DNA of 39,005 nt from an uncultured Candidatus Saccharibacteria bacterium (GTDB lineage: Bacteria; Patescibacteriota; Minisyncoccia; Phycocordibacterales; UBA9973). Location: positions 1-39,005 of the forward strand of contig CAYHMN010000001.1 in assembly GCA_964357795.1 (NCBI GenBank), read 5' to 3'. The translations under genes and the position numbers were made by a program. Below the pieces are notes generated by a model. The model was given only the letters and a program-made list of their open reading frames with translations, did not search any database and was not told the DNA's origin. Positions 1 through 10,617 of the stretch are shown one piece after another. The number at the start of each line of letters is the position of its first letter. Position 1 is the first letter of the stretch.

Positions 1-76
1 TCCGGATCTTCCAGATATACACAAAAAATGTAAGGAAAATAACAACAAAAAGACGATAAATCTAAGGGGTGAGTAC

Positions 77-307
77 ATGCAGGTATTCGCAAGGATTTCT
101 GGTTGGATTATAGGTCCAGTGCTTGCAAGTGCTTTGCTCGGGAACTATCTAGACAAGAAATTCAATTCCGCACCATGGATACTCGGAGTTGCACTTGCAC
201 TATCATTTACTGTTTCAATGGTTGCGATAGTAAAGATTGCAAAGAAATATGATACTGACCTGCCTGCGCAGACAGGAGTTTTAAAAGAAAAAGATGACAA
301 CAAATAA
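77..307 (+). CDS. AtpZ/AtpI-like small membrane protein preceding atpB
   Basis: 76-aa two-helix hydrophobic ORF directly upstream of atpB, overlapping it by 14 nt. AAGGGGTGA RBS sits a few nt upstream. Size and position are typical of ATP synthase gene-1 proteins. Confidence 0.6.
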   Translation: MQVFARISGWIIGPVLASALLGNYLDKKFNSAPWILGVALALSFTVSMVAIVKIAKKYDTDLPAQTGVLKEKDDNK

Positions 308-1202
308 TTTAGAAAATAATGAAATAGTAACAGGAGAGGCTCATGAAGAATTAGGTCATGAGGCGACTCTATATGCTGAACCTATTGGCCACATTGGAAC
401 ATTTCCAATAACCAACGCTCTTTTTACTACTTGGCTCGTAGTACTTGTTGTTCTTATAATATCTTTAGCTATCCGATTTAAAATTAAGCAAGTGCCAAAA
501 GGTTTTCAGAACTTCTTTGAGTTCGTCATAGAAGGAGCGATGTCTTTAGCCGACTCAGTCACAGGAAGTAAGAAAATTACTGCCAAAGTCTTTCCACTTG
601 CATTCACAATATTCCTATTCGTTCTTATAAATAACTGGTTCGGAATACTCCCACTAGGCGCTTTTGGTATTATCGAAATGACAGATCATGGCAAGGCATT
701 TATCCCTTTTATTCGCTCTGGAACTGCCGATATAAATACGACTCTTGCCCTTGGATTAGTCGCTGTTATAGGCTCAAATGTCTTCGGTATTATGTCTATC
801 GGCGTCTGGAAAATGTTCAATAAATATGTTAATGTAAAGGCGTTCGGCGATGCAATAAGGAAAGCTCGGAAAGATCCTACTGTACTTATTTCAGCTCCGA
901 TTATGTTCTTTGTAGGTATTCTTGAGCTTGTAGGCGAGTTCGCAAAGATTGCATCTCTCTCATTTCGTCTTTTCGGGAACGTCTTCGCAGGTGAAGTCCT
1001 CCTTATGGCTATGGGTGCAATACTTGCATACATCTTGCCGTTACCATTTATTGGGCTTGAGATATTTGTAGGTCTTATACAGGCATTCATATTCTCTTTG
1101 CTTACACTTGTGTACTTCACTATCGCTGCTACAGATCATGATGAGCATGAAGAAGAGCACGCTCCGCACGGACACAGTAAGGAAGTCGTAGCTACAACGT
1201 AG
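294..1202 (+). CDS. atpB: F0F1 ATP synthase subunit a
   Basis: 302-aa multi-TM protein with the subunit-a signature region LSFRLFGNVFAGE (conserved Arg). First large gene of the atp operon. Confidence 0.9.
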   Translation: MTTNNLENNEIVTGEAHEELGHEATLYAEPIGHIGTFPITNALFTTWLVVLVVLIISLAIRFKIKQVPKGFQNFFEFVIEGAMSLADSVTGSKKITAKVFPLAFTIFLFVLINNWFGILPLGAFGIIEMTDHGKAFIPFIRSGTADINTTLALGLVAVIGSNVFGIMSIGVWKMFNKYVNVKAFGDAIRKARKDPTVLISAPIMFFVGILELVGEFAKIASLSFRLFGNVFAGEVLLMAMGAILAYILPLPFIGLEIFVGLIQAFIFSLLTLVYFTIAATDHDEHEEEHAPHGHSKEVVATT

Positions 1203-1281
1203 TGAAAGAGTGCTTTTAGGAAAGTCTGGCCGAGCCGTAAGGTGAGGAAATCCAAGGACTTTTATAAAAGCACTCTTTCAC
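1202..1281 (+). other. Long compound RNA hairpin between atpB and atpE
   Basis: 16-bp perfect outer stem (1202-1217 with 1266-1281) and 6-bp inner stem AAAGTC/GACTTT (1221-1226 with 1257-1262). GC-rich loop starts with TGG. Begins at the atpB stop codon. Confidence 0.75.
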
Positions 1282-1326
1282 GGAGTTGTTTATTTATTAG
1301 AAAGTAGTCGAAAAATTATTAGTTAA

Positions 1327-1554
<228 letters not shown>

Positions 1555-1616
1555 CAATTTGCTACTGGCAATTAGAATTTTTTAGTTGCTAGGGGCTAGG
1601 TGCTATACCTAGTGAA

Positions 1617-1684
1617 GCAGGAAATCTCTTATGAAAATGGTCTGGTGAACCAACCCGATGACCTTTTCAGAAGAGATTTCCTGC
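1617..1684 (+). other. Long compound RNA hairpin between atpE and atpF
   Basis: 14-bp perfect outer stem (1617-1630 with 1671-1684) and an inner stem GAAAATGGTC/GACCTTTTC with one bulge. The loop starts with TGG. Same architecture as the 1202-1281 hairpin. Confidence 0.75.
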
Positions 1685-1708
1685 GAAACTAATAAATAAT
1701 AAAACATC

Positions 1709-2200
1709 ATGGACTCATTCATTACCACATTTCATATAGATTGGAAAATTCTCATCGCTCAGGGGATAAATTTTGCTATTGTACTTTTACTATTGTATTT
1801 CTTCGCTTTAAAACCACTAAAGAAGGTTATGAGTGAGCGAACAAACGTCATTGAGAAGGGAATCGCAGATGCCAAGCATAACGCAGAGCTTGTGACTAAA
1901 ACAACTAAAGAATATGAGGAAGTTATAGGTAAAGCTAAAGCCGAAGCTCACACTCTATTCCAAGAAGGTAAAAAGGAGGCTGAGGTAAAGAAAGCAGAAA
2001 TGATGGCGAGTGCTCAAGCCGAAGTGGAATCTATGATAGCTACAGGAAAGAAGAATCTAGAAACTGAAAAGAATAAAATGGTAGAAGAAGCAAAAGTTGA
2101 AATTGTCTCACTTGTAGTTGCTGCTACAGAAAAGATATTAAAAGATCAAGGTGATAAATCTGTAACCGAAAAAGCCATCAAGAATATAAACCATATATAA
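1709..2200 (+). CDS. atpF: F0F1 ATP synthase subunit b
   Basis: 163 aa. N-terminal TM helix followed by a long K/E/A-rich helical stalk. Operon position between atpE and atpH. Confidence 0.85.
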   Translation: MDSFITTFHIDWKILIAQGINFAIVLLLLYFFALKPLKKVMSERTNVIEKGIADAKHNAELVTKTTKEYEEVIGKAKAEAHTLFQEGKKEAEVKKAEMMASAQAEVESMIATGKKNLETEKNKMVEEAKVEIVSLVVAATEKILKDQGDKSVTEKAIKNINHI

Positions 2201-2202
2201 TT

Positions 2203-2610
2203 ATGAAACTGCATTCCACTAAAAATTTAAGTCATGCTATCTACGAAGCTACAAAAGGCAAAAGTGGTGCAGAGCTAACACAGTCTCTTATCAACGTTGT
2301 AGAGTTTATGGACAAGCATCAGCTACTGGGCAAGTCTAAAGAAATACTTACTCATTTAGAAAAGATTATTGATAAAGATGAGAAGATATTGAGAGCGAAG
2401 GTTACAAGCTCTGCAGTCCTATCAAAGAAAATGCTTGAGGATTTAGAAGAGAGCTTGAAGAAAAGATATAAAGCGAAAGATGTCGAGATAGATATGAAAG
2501 AGAATTCAAATTTAATTAACGGAATAAAGATAGAAGCAAACGACGAGATAATAGACCTGACACTTTCCCACAGACTACACCAATTACAAACACACTTAAT
2601 AAAGAACTAA
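2203..2610 (+). CDS. atpH: F0F1 ATP synthase subunit delta (short form)
   Basis: 135-aa ORF between atpF and atpA. C-terminus [22 protein letters not shown] matches the delta/OSCP C-terminal pattern. The N-terminal domain looks truncated relative to the roughly 180-aa norm. Confidence 0.7.
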   Translation: MKLHSTKNLSHAIYEATKGKSGAELTQSLINVVEFMDKHQLLGKSKEILTHLEKIIDKDEKILRAKVTSSAVLSKKMLEDLEESLKKRYKAKDVEIDMKENSNLINGIKIEANDEIIDLTLSHRLHQLQTHLIKN

Positions 2611-2611
2611 T

Positions 2612-4114
2612 ATGGCCAAAAATACAATTGTAGAAAATTTAAGAAAACAGATTGAGAAATGGAAAGATGAAGCAAAAGCCGAGAAAGTAGGCCATGTTAT
2701 AGAAGTGTTTGACGGTATTGCGAAAGTCTCTGGGCTCTCTGACTTGAAAGCTTCTGAAATGGTGACATTTGCCTCTGGAGCTACAGGAGTAGCTCTTAAC
2801 CTAGATGAGGATTCAGTGGGTGTCATTGTTCTCGGAGGATTTTATAATATTAAAGAAGGTGATGAAGTAAAGGCTACAGGAGAAATTCTCTCTGTCCCAG
2901 TCGGAGACGCACAAATTGGACGCGTATTAAATGCCCTAGGTGCGCCTATTGATGGCAAGGGCAAAGTCGCTTCAAGTAAGTCCAACCCTATTGAACACGT
3001 AGCATCCGGAGTGATGAGTCGCCAGAGTGTGGACCAGCCAGTGCAGACCGGTATTAAAGCTATTGATGCGATTATCCCTGTAGGCCGTGGCCAGCGTGAG
3101 CTTATCATCGGTGACAGACAGACAGGTAAGACTGCTATTGCAATTGATGCGATTCTCAACCAGAAAGGTCAGAATATGATTTGTGTTTACGTTTCTATCG
3201 GCCAGAAAGATTCTAAGCTTCGCAAACTTCAAACTCGCCTAGAGGAAGGTGGCGCTATGGATTACACAGTTATCGTATCTGCAGGTTCATCCGAAGCAGC
3301 AGCCCTCTCATACATCGCTCCATATACTGGAGTCTCTATTGCAGAATTTTTCATGGACCAAGGCAAAGACGTGCTTATTATCTACGATGACCTTTCCAAG
3401 CATGCAGTGGCATATCGTGAGATCTCACTTCTACTTCGCCGTCCACCAGGTCGTGAAGCATACCCTGGAGATGTGTTCTACTTGCACTCACGCTTGCTTG
3501 AAAGAGCTTGCCGAAGAAATAAAGATTACGGAGGTGGCTCTATTACCGCATTCCCAATTATTGAAACTCAAGGAGGCGACATATCTGCATATATTCCGAC
3601 AAACGTCATCTCTATCACTGATGGACAGATATTCCTCGAAACTGATTTATTCTACAAAGGTATTCGTCCTGCGGTGAACGTTGGTAACTCCGTATCACGT
3701 GTGGGAGGAAGTGCACAGATTAAAGCGATGAAGAAAGTGGCTGGAACATTGAAACTCGACCTTGCGCAGTTCCGTGAACTTGAAGCTTTCTCACAATTCG
3801 GCTCAGATCTAGATGAAGCTACAAAGCGCCAGCTAGAGCGTGGTAAAAGAGCTGTAGAAGTCCTCAAACAACCTCAGTATTCTCCAGTAGGAACAATCAA
3901 GCAAATCGTGACTCTATATGCCCTTGTGAAAGGATATATGGATACAGTGCCAGTAGACAAAATCAAGCAGTTTGAAGAAGAGCTCGCTGACTATGCAGAA
4001 CAAAATGCAAAAGATTTCTATGCAGATATAGAGAAAAGCAGGATGTGGACGGATGAATCGGAAGCAAGCTTGAAAAAAGCGATTGAAGGTTTTGTAAAAG
4101 GGTTTGTAAAATAA
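2612..4114 (+). CDS. atpA: F0F1 ATP synthase subunit alpha
   Basis: 500 aa. Walker A GDRQTGKT. Highly conserved blocks [27 protein letters not shown] and ITDGQIFLE. Confidence 0.97.
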   Translation: MAKNTIVENLRKQIEKWKDEAKAEKVGHVIEVFDGIAKVSGLSDLKASEMVTFASGATGVALNLDEDSVGVIVLGGFYNIKEGDEVKATGEILSVPVGDAQIGRVLNALGAPIDGKGKVASSKSNPIEHVASGVMSRQSVDQPVQTGIKAIDAIIPVGRGQRELIIGDRQTGKTAIAIDAILNQKGQNMICVYVSIGQKDSKLRKLQTRLEEGGAMDYTVIVSAGSSEAAALSYIAPYTGVSIAEFFMDQGKDVLIIYDDLSKHAVAYREISLLLRRPPGREAYPGDVFYLHSRLLERACRRNKDYGGGSITAFPIIETQGGDISAYIPTNVISITDGQIFLETDLFYKGIRPAVNVGNSVSRVGGSAQIKAMKKVAGTLKLDLAQFRELEAFSQFGSDLDEATKRQLERGKRAVEVLKQPQYSPVGTIKQIVTLYALVKGYMDTVPVDKIKQFEEELADYAEQNAKDFYADIEKSRMWTDESEASLKKAIEGFVKGFVK

Positions 4115-4135
4115 GAGCTATGAAGGGTAGGATTT

Positions 4136-5032
4136 ATGTCAAACCAGAAATTAATAAAAAATAGAATAAGGTCAGTGAAGAATACGAAGAAAATCACGAA
4201 AGCTATGGAGCTCGTGGCAGCTTCAAAGATGAAGCGCGCAGTAAATGCAACACTTTCTTCACGACTCTATGCAAACTATTCATGGGAACTTTTGACATCT
4301 TTATCTAGTAAGCTCGATGAGATTACACATCCATTCTTCACTGAGAATATAAAAGAAGGTAAATCTCTTCTTGTTCTCATTACTTCCAATCGCGGACTCT
4401 GCGGTTCATACAATTCTCAAGCTATCAAGAAGGCTCTATCAATACTAAAAACAATAGAGAATGCCGAGATTATCTCAGTCGGCAAGAAAGGCGACAATGC
4501 TATGCGCAGAGTTGGTCAGAATATTATCGCTTCATTTGTAGAAATTCCAGATAATGCAACACTGTCTGACATCCGCCCACTTTCAGAAATTATCACAAGA
4601 AAGTACAAAGAGGGTGTTTATAAGAATGTAAAAGTTATATATACAGACTTCATCTCAGCTCTCACCCAAAAGGCAAATACAAGGCAACTTCTTCCAATAA
4701 GTAAAACTGAAGTGAAGGAAATGATTGAAAGTCTTGCAGAGCAGAAGGATAAAGAAAGTTTGAAAGATTCATCTGTACCATACATATTTGAAGGAGATAC
4801 AAACAAACTTGTAGAAATTCTCGCAGAGAAACTTGTCCGAATGCAGATATACCAGATGGTTCTTGAGTCCAGTGCTTCTGAGCAGTCATCCCGCATGGTC
4901 GCCATGAAGAACGCTAGTGAAGCAGCAGGGGAGATGATAGATGACCTGACCTTAGTATTCAACAAAGCCCGCCAAGCAGGAATCACCCAAGAGATATCAG
5001 AAATTAGTGCCGGTATGGCAAGCGTGAGTTAA
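4136..5032 (+). CDS. atpG: F0F1 ATP synthase subunit gamma
   Basis: 298 aa. N-terminal IKNRIRSVKNTKKITKAMELVAASKMKRA and C-terminal ARQAGITQEISEI are the canonical gamma coiled-coil ends. Confidence 0.93.
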   Translation: MSNQKLIKNRIRSVKNTKKITKAMELVAASKMKRAVNATLSSRLYANYSWELLTSLSSKLDEITHPFFTENIKEGKSLLVLITSNRGLCGSYNSQAIKKALSILKTIENAEIISVGKKGDNAMRRVGQNIIASFVEIPDNATLSDIRPLSEIITRKYKEGVYKNVKVIYTDFISALTQKANTRQLLPISKTEVKEMIESLAEQKDKESLKDSSVPYIFEGDTNKLVEILAEKLVRMQIYQMVLESSASEQSSRMVAMKNASEAAGEMIDDLTLVFNKARQAGITQEISEISAGMASVS

Positions 5033-5047
5033 ATTTTATTATTATAA

Positions 5048-6409
<1,362 letters not shown>

Positions 6410-6413
6410 AATT

Positions 6414-6452
6414 AAAAAAAGTACCAATCTTGCAAAAAGCAAAACTGGTACT
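6414..6452 (-). terminator. Intrinsic terminator oriented for minus-strand transcription, just downstream of the atpD stop
   Basis: Stem 6420-6433 with 6439-6452 (12 of 14 pairs), 5-nt loop. The plus-strand A-run at 6414-6420 becomes the trailing T-run on the minus strand. The plus strand has no T-run after the stem. Confidence 0.6.
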
Positions 6453-6473
6453 GAAAATCTTATAAAATAGGAT

Positions 6474-6581
6474 TTAACTTTTGGAAAAAGCAACTTTAAA
6501 TATTTGAAACAAATAAATAAAAATAGTTGTAGCCGTTAATCCTATATATAAGTAACCAATAGCAATTCCAATCATATACAT
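6474..6581 (-). CDS. Candidate small hydrophobic peptide antisense in the atpD-atpC spacer (35 aa; alternative starts at 6602 or 6674)
   Basis: Open frame of 66 codons in very AT-rich spacer. It lies downstream of a consensus minus-strand promoter (6603-6631) and is followed by a canonical minus-strand terminator (6414-6452). The peptide MYMIGIAIGYLYIGLTATTIFIYLFQIFKVAFSKS is TM-like. The T-rich strand biases toward hydrophobic ORFs, so coding status is uncertain. Confidence 0.3.
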   Translation of the reverse strand: MYMIGIAIGYLYIGLTATTIFIYLFQIFKVAFSKS

Positions 6582-6602
6582 AAACAACAAATTTAGAACC
6601 AT

Positions 6603-6631
6603 ACTATAAATTAATTTAAAAAAGATGTCAA
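6603..6631 (-). promoter_or_regulatory. Consensus sigma70-type promoter reading antisense out of the atpC start region
   Basis: Minus strand reads TTGACA (complement of 6626-6631, overlapping the atpC ATG at 6625-6627), a 17-nt spacer, then TATAGT (complement of 6603-6608). Confidence 0.5.
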
Positions 6632-7071
6632 CAAAGCAATTACTACTTAAAATAGTCACTCCAGAGAAGCTCATCTTGGAAGAGATGGTGGATCAAGTTA
6701 CACTTCCGAGTACGGAAGGGGAGCTTACTATACTTCCGGAACATATTCCTATGATTGCAGGACTTGCATCTGGCGATGTTGTAGCATTTGCAAATGGCGA
6801 GCAAGTACCTATGGCAGTATCTGGTGGGTTTATAGAAGTAAAACAGGTAGATGGTAAAACTGAAGTCGCAATCCTTGCAGATTTTGCTGAGCACGTAGCG
6901 GATATTACTGATGAAGCTATCAAGCAAGCAGAAGAAAAAGCTCGCGAACTCAAAAAGATGGCTGACAATAAAGAGGTCGTAGACTTTGAATACTTTGCTG
7001 CTGAACTCGAACGTTCACTCACACGGGTCAAAATCGCCGACAAGTGGCGAACTAAGAAATACCGAAAGTAG
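6625..7071 (+). CDS. atpC: F0F1 ATP synthase subunit epsilon
   Basis: 148 aa. N-terminal beta-sandwich pattern LKIVTPEK...LPSTEGELTILPEHIP...GGFIEV and a C-terminal helical region. Last gene of the operon. Confidence 0.9.
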   Translation: MSTKQLLLKIVTPEKLILEEMVDQVTLPSTEGELTILPEHIPMIAGLASGDVVAFANGEQVPMAVSGGFIEVKQVDGKTEVAILADFAEHVADITDEAIKQAEEKARELKKMADNKEVVDFEYFAAELERSLTRVKIADKWRTKKYRK

Positions 7072-7210
7072 TAAAATTTCAAACAGCTCCTCTCTTAGGA
7101 CACGCGTAAAATCTTGCTAGATTTTCTGCTCTGCTCGGTTCCGTCGAACCTGCGCAAGTTCCTACTCAAGGACTATTTTAAATTTTAGAAATCATATAAG
7201 ATTATATTAC

Positions 7211-8191
7211 ATGCGATATACAATTATCCTTTTCTACAAATACACCCATATTGAAAATCCGAAAGAGCTTCGAGATGAGCAGTTTGCGCTATGTACCGCT
7301 CTCGCTATGAAAGGGCGTATGATAGTGGCTACAGAGGGCATAAATGGGACATTTGAAGGCACAGATGAAGCGTGTAAGGAGTATATGGAGCATATGAAGA
7401 GTGACTCCCGCTTTGCCGATATTCACTGGAAGATAAGCAAAGGGATAGAAGATGGTACTGCATTCCCACGCCTTTCTGTAAAAACAAGAAAAGAAATTGT
7501 ATCACTACACCTCGGTGACCCCGAAGGAAAGAGTACTTCCTACGGGGCAGGCGAGACAGATATAGACCCAAATATAATAACTGGTAATCATCTAAAACCT
7601 GAGGAGCTTCGCAAGTGGTACGAAGAGGGAAAAGAATTCCATATCGTAGATATGCGCAATGACTATGAACTCCGAGTAGGGAAGTTTGAAGGAACTGTAT
7701 TCCCTGATTTGAATAATTTTAGAGATTTGAAAAAGAATCTAAAAAAGATTGAGGATTTAAAAGATAAGACAGTGCTCACAGTTTGTACTGGTGGAGTAAG
7801 GTGTGAGAAAGCATCGGGACTACTTGTCCGCGAAGGATTCAAAGATGTCCACCAACTCGATGGAGGAATCGTGAGCTATATGGAGAAATACCCTGCGAAA
7901 GATTTTAAAGGTTCACTTTATGTTTTTGATAAACGAATAGTAATGAATTTTGATGATCCAGATACTCACGAAATTATCGGCCACTGCAGTAAATGCGACA
8001 AACCGAGTGAGCACTATGTGAACTGCGCAAACTTAATGTGCCACGATCACTTCATCTGCTGTCTAGATTGCCTCAGCAAAGACGCTGAAGTGCACCCACC
8101 TTACGGCGAAGCGTATTGCAACACTTGGTGCGTAATTAAGTGGAAGTGGTACAAATTTAAGAAAAATTTGAAACTAAACTTAGCGAAATAA
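7211..8191 (+). CDS. trhO: Rhodanese-domain tRNA uridine(34) hydroxylase (UPF0176/YceA family)
   Basis: 326 aa. N-terminus ILFYKY...IVATEGINGT and rhodanese active-site loop CTGGVRCEKAS. Cys/His-rich C-terminal tail. Confidence 0.85.
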   Translation: MRYTIILFYKYTHIENPKELRDEQFALCTALAMKGRMIVATEGINGTFEGTDEACKEYMEHMKSDSRFADIHWKISKGIEDGTAFPRLSVKTRKEIVSLHLGDPEGKSTSYGAGETDIDPNIITGNHLKPEELRKWYEEGKEFHIVDMRNDYELRVGKFEGTVFPDLNNFRDLKKNLKKIEDLKDKTVLTVCTGGVRCEKASGLLVREGFKDVHQLDGGIVSYMEKYPAKDFKGSLYVFDKRIVMNFDDPDTHEIIGHCSKCDKPSEHYVNCANLMCHDHFICCLDCLSKDAEVHPPYGEAYCNTWCVIKWKWYKFKKNLKLNLAK

Positions 8192-8215
8192 AAAATACCA
8201 CCATAATACATACTG

Positions 8216-8246
8216 ATACGTAACTTTTGACAAGTTACGTATTTTA
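8216..8246 (+). terminator. trhO terminator hairpin overlapping the next promoter
   Basis: 11-bp stem ATACGTAACTT/AAGTTACGTAT (8216-8226 with 8232-8242), loop TTGAC, followed by TTTAT. Confidence 0.6.
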
Positions 8247-8255
8247 TGATATATT
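8227..8255 (+). promoter_or_regulatory. Promoter of the 8305 gene
   Basis: TTGACA (8227-8232), 17-nt spacer, TATATT (8250-8255). Confidence 0.6.
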
Positions 8256-8304
8256 AACAAAAAATTAAATGGGTATTTGCCCTTTCACATTAAAAAACTA
8301 AAAA

Positions 8305-9090
8305 ATGAAAAAAATTATTCTTGTTGCCAGTATCCTTGGCTACACAGCTGTATGCTTTGCACAAAGAGCTAGAAAGCCGGATTTAATGAAGATTAACTTA
8401 TCAGCATTTGCTGACAAAGAAAATTCCAACTTTAACGAGAAGAAGAAAATTCAGTTCGCTGGTACTGCTATTGTTATAGAGAAAAACATCTTTACTGTAT
8501 TGGAATACGATGCCGGAGATATGGGGCTAACTCTTGGATATGCCAAGAAGATAAACAAAGAAATAACTCTGGGGCTGGGCTTCATGAGTGGCTTCAACCA
8601 AAACATAACAAAAACAGACAAAGATGTATTGCTCGGTCTTGGAATGCTGTTTAGTTATCGTAATAAAGATTTGGAAGCTGAATTGATAAGCCACTATGGC
8701 AGGACCATTACCAATAAAGTTGATAACTGGTCCCAGAACAAACTGGGAATCGAGGCTGAAATAACCAGAAGTTTTGGAAAGCGTTATAAAGTTGGATTTT
8801 GGGCACGCTACACAAAGAATAGCAACAAAGAGCCTGGGCAGTTTGTAGATCCATATACCATACTGTATGAAAATTTTTATAAATTTTCTAATGTTACGTA
8901 TACTGAGGACCGTCTAAACTTCCGCTTAATCGGAAGTTATGCAATACACGATAATATTTTAATTTCTGCCGGACCACAGATAAACCAGAATCAAAATCTG
9001 CTTCATGATGGCATGTCGAGAAGATTAGCAAATACACGAGAAAAGTGGGACTTAACCACATTCTTTGTGAGATTAAGCTATAAACTGTAA
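8305..9090 (+). CDS. Secreted hypothetical protein with beta-barrel-like alternating pattern
   Basis: 261 aa. Signal peptide MKKIILVASILGYTAVCFAQ and repeated amphipathic beta-strand-like segments (LTLGYAKKI, ITLGLGFMSGF, LLGLGMLFSY, YKVGFWARYT, DLTTFFVRLSYKL). Has its own promoter (8227-8255) and terminator (9113-9142). Confidence 0.6.
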   Translation: MKKIILVASILGYTAVCFAQRARKPDLMKINLSAFADKENSNFNEKKKIQFAGTAIVIEKNIFTVLEYDAGDMGLTLGYAKKINKEITLGLGFMSGFNQNITKTDKDVLLGLGMLFSYRNKDLEAELISHYGRTITNKVDNWSQNKLGIEAEITRSFGKRYKVGFWARYTKNSNKEPGQFVDPYTILYENFYKFSNVTYTEDRLNFRLIGSYAIHDNILISAGPQINQNQNLLHDGMSRRLANTREKWDLTTFFVRLSYKL

Positions 9091-9112
9091 TTGTGTTTCA
9101 CAAATAATAATG

Positions 9113-9142
9113 ACCGCCACCTTTAAAAGGGGCGGTTTTTTG
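9113..9142 (+). terminator. Intrinsic terminator
   Basis: ACCGCC...GGCGGT GC stem followed by TTTTTT. Confidence 0.8.
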
Positions 9143-9159
9143 TAGGTTTTTTATTAAAT

Positions 9160-9795
9160 ATGGGTATAATAAATACATTAGAAGTTAACTTAAATAATAT
9201 GGATCCAATAAATCAAACAAGTGGAGGTTCAAATAAGACTTTATATATAGTAATTGGTATTTTAGTTGTTCTACTTATCGGTGGTTACCTATACATGCGT
9301 GGTAATTCTAATGTGAAGGGTAATATGTACGGCGTAGACGTTGATCGCAACTTAGATGGCTCGACTACTTATGAAAGTGGGTATGGAAAAGTAACTACTA
9401 GTCAAAACAAGCTACCTAGTGACTGGCCTTCAGATGTGCCAACTTATCGGAATGCTCAAATTTCACAATCTGGCTCAGTTGACACACAGATCGTAGGTAC
9501 AGAAGCTACTTCAATGGTTATACTAAATACTCCTGATAATTCACAAATAGTGAGTGATTTTTATAAGGCAGAATTAGTTAGTAAGGGTTGGACTATTAAC
9601 GCAGGAATGAGCAGGGAGGGAAACGTGTTTGCAGTCAAAGAAAATCGTATGGTAAGTGTTGGTATAAGTAGTCTAAAAACTGGTGGTTCAATGATTACTA
9701 TGTCCACTGGCATAATTCCAGAATCTCTTAAGAAATCTCTTGATGCTATATCAGCTGCACAGAAAGCAAATCCACAGAATAAAATTCCACAATAA
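9160..9795 (+). CDS. Membrane-anchored hypothetical protein (start may be 9199)
   Basis: 211-aa ORF with a single TM helix LYIVIGILVVLLIGGYLYM followed by a soluble domain. A TATAAT at 9165-9170 lies inside the 5' end, so ATG 9199 (MDPINQ...) may be the real start. Confidence 0.6.
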   Translation: MGIINTLEVNLNNMDPINQTSGGSNKTLYIVIGILVVLLIGGYLYMRGNSNVKGNMYGVDVDRNLDGSTTYESGYGKVTTSQNKLPSDWPSDVPTYRNAQISQSGSVDTQIVGTEATSMVILNTPDNSQIVSDFYKAELVSKGWTINAGMSREGNVFAVKENRMVSVGISSLKTGGSMITMSTGIIPESLKKSLDAISAAQKANPQNKIPQ

Positions 9796-9847
9796 TTATT
9801 ATAAAATTGGACTATAATTAACATTATTATTTAATTCATTTAATTTT

Positions 9848-10591
9848 ATGTTCTATATAACACTATTCGTTATAATCGTATTTGTTCTCTTAATAAGCAT
9901 CCGTCAGATTAACCAGTACGAAAAAGGGGTAAAATTTACTTTTGGTAAATTTTCTTCTGTTATGGAGCCTGGATGGAGAATTGTCCTGCCTGTTGTCCAA
10001 GGATACCAGAGGGTAGATGTCCGTACGAAAGCCGTCGATGTACCTGATCAGAATGCAATTACTCGAGACAATGTGTCTGTAAAGGTTAACGCTGTTATCT
10101 ACTACAAAGTTAGCGATGCTCCAAAAGCTGTAATTGAAGTGGAGGATTTCAAGTATGCTATTTCCCAGTACGCTCAGACTACTATGCGAAATATCGTAGG
10201 TGAAGTTACTCTTGATGAACTCCTTTCCAGTAGAGATAAGATTGCAGATAGAATCAGAGAGATTGTAGATATAGAAACAGATGCTTGGGGATTAAAAGTT
10301 CAGAATGTGGAGTTGAAAGATGTGAGCCTACCTCCTGATATGGAAAGAACAATCGGTAAGCAAGCAGAAGCAGAAAGAGAGAAGAGGGCAGTAATAATAA
10401 ACTCAGAAGGAGAACTTGCAGCATCTCAAAATATTGCAAAAGCAGCAGCCATGCTTGGAGCTACTCCGGGAGCTCTACATCTTCGCACTCTTCAGTCTAT
10501 CAATGACATATCTTCAGATGCATCTAATACTATAGTTTATATGATACCTATAGAGGCCCTAAGAGCCCTTGAGGGTATGGTTAAAAAATAG
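9848..10591 (+). CDS. SPFH/band-7 (stomatin-like) family protein
   Basis: 247 aa. N-terminal TM helix plus band-7 core blocks (TRDNVSVKVNAVIYYKV, TLDELLSSRDKI, VELKDVSLPPDM, EAEREKRA). Confidence 0.9.
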   Translation: MFYITLFVIIVFVLLISIRQINQYEKGVKFTFGKFSSVMEPGWRIVLPVVQGYQRVDVRTKAVDVPDQNAITRDNVSVKVNAVIYYKVSDAPKAVIEVEDFKYAISQYAQTTMRNIVGEVTLDELLSSRDKIADRIREIVDIETDAWGLKVQNVELKDVSLPPDMERTIGKQAEAEREKRAVIINSEGELAASQNIAKAAAMLGATPGALHLRTLQSINDISSDASNTIVYMIPIEALRALEGMVKK

Positions 10592-10617
10592 AATATAAGT
10601 TATCCACAGGTATTTAC

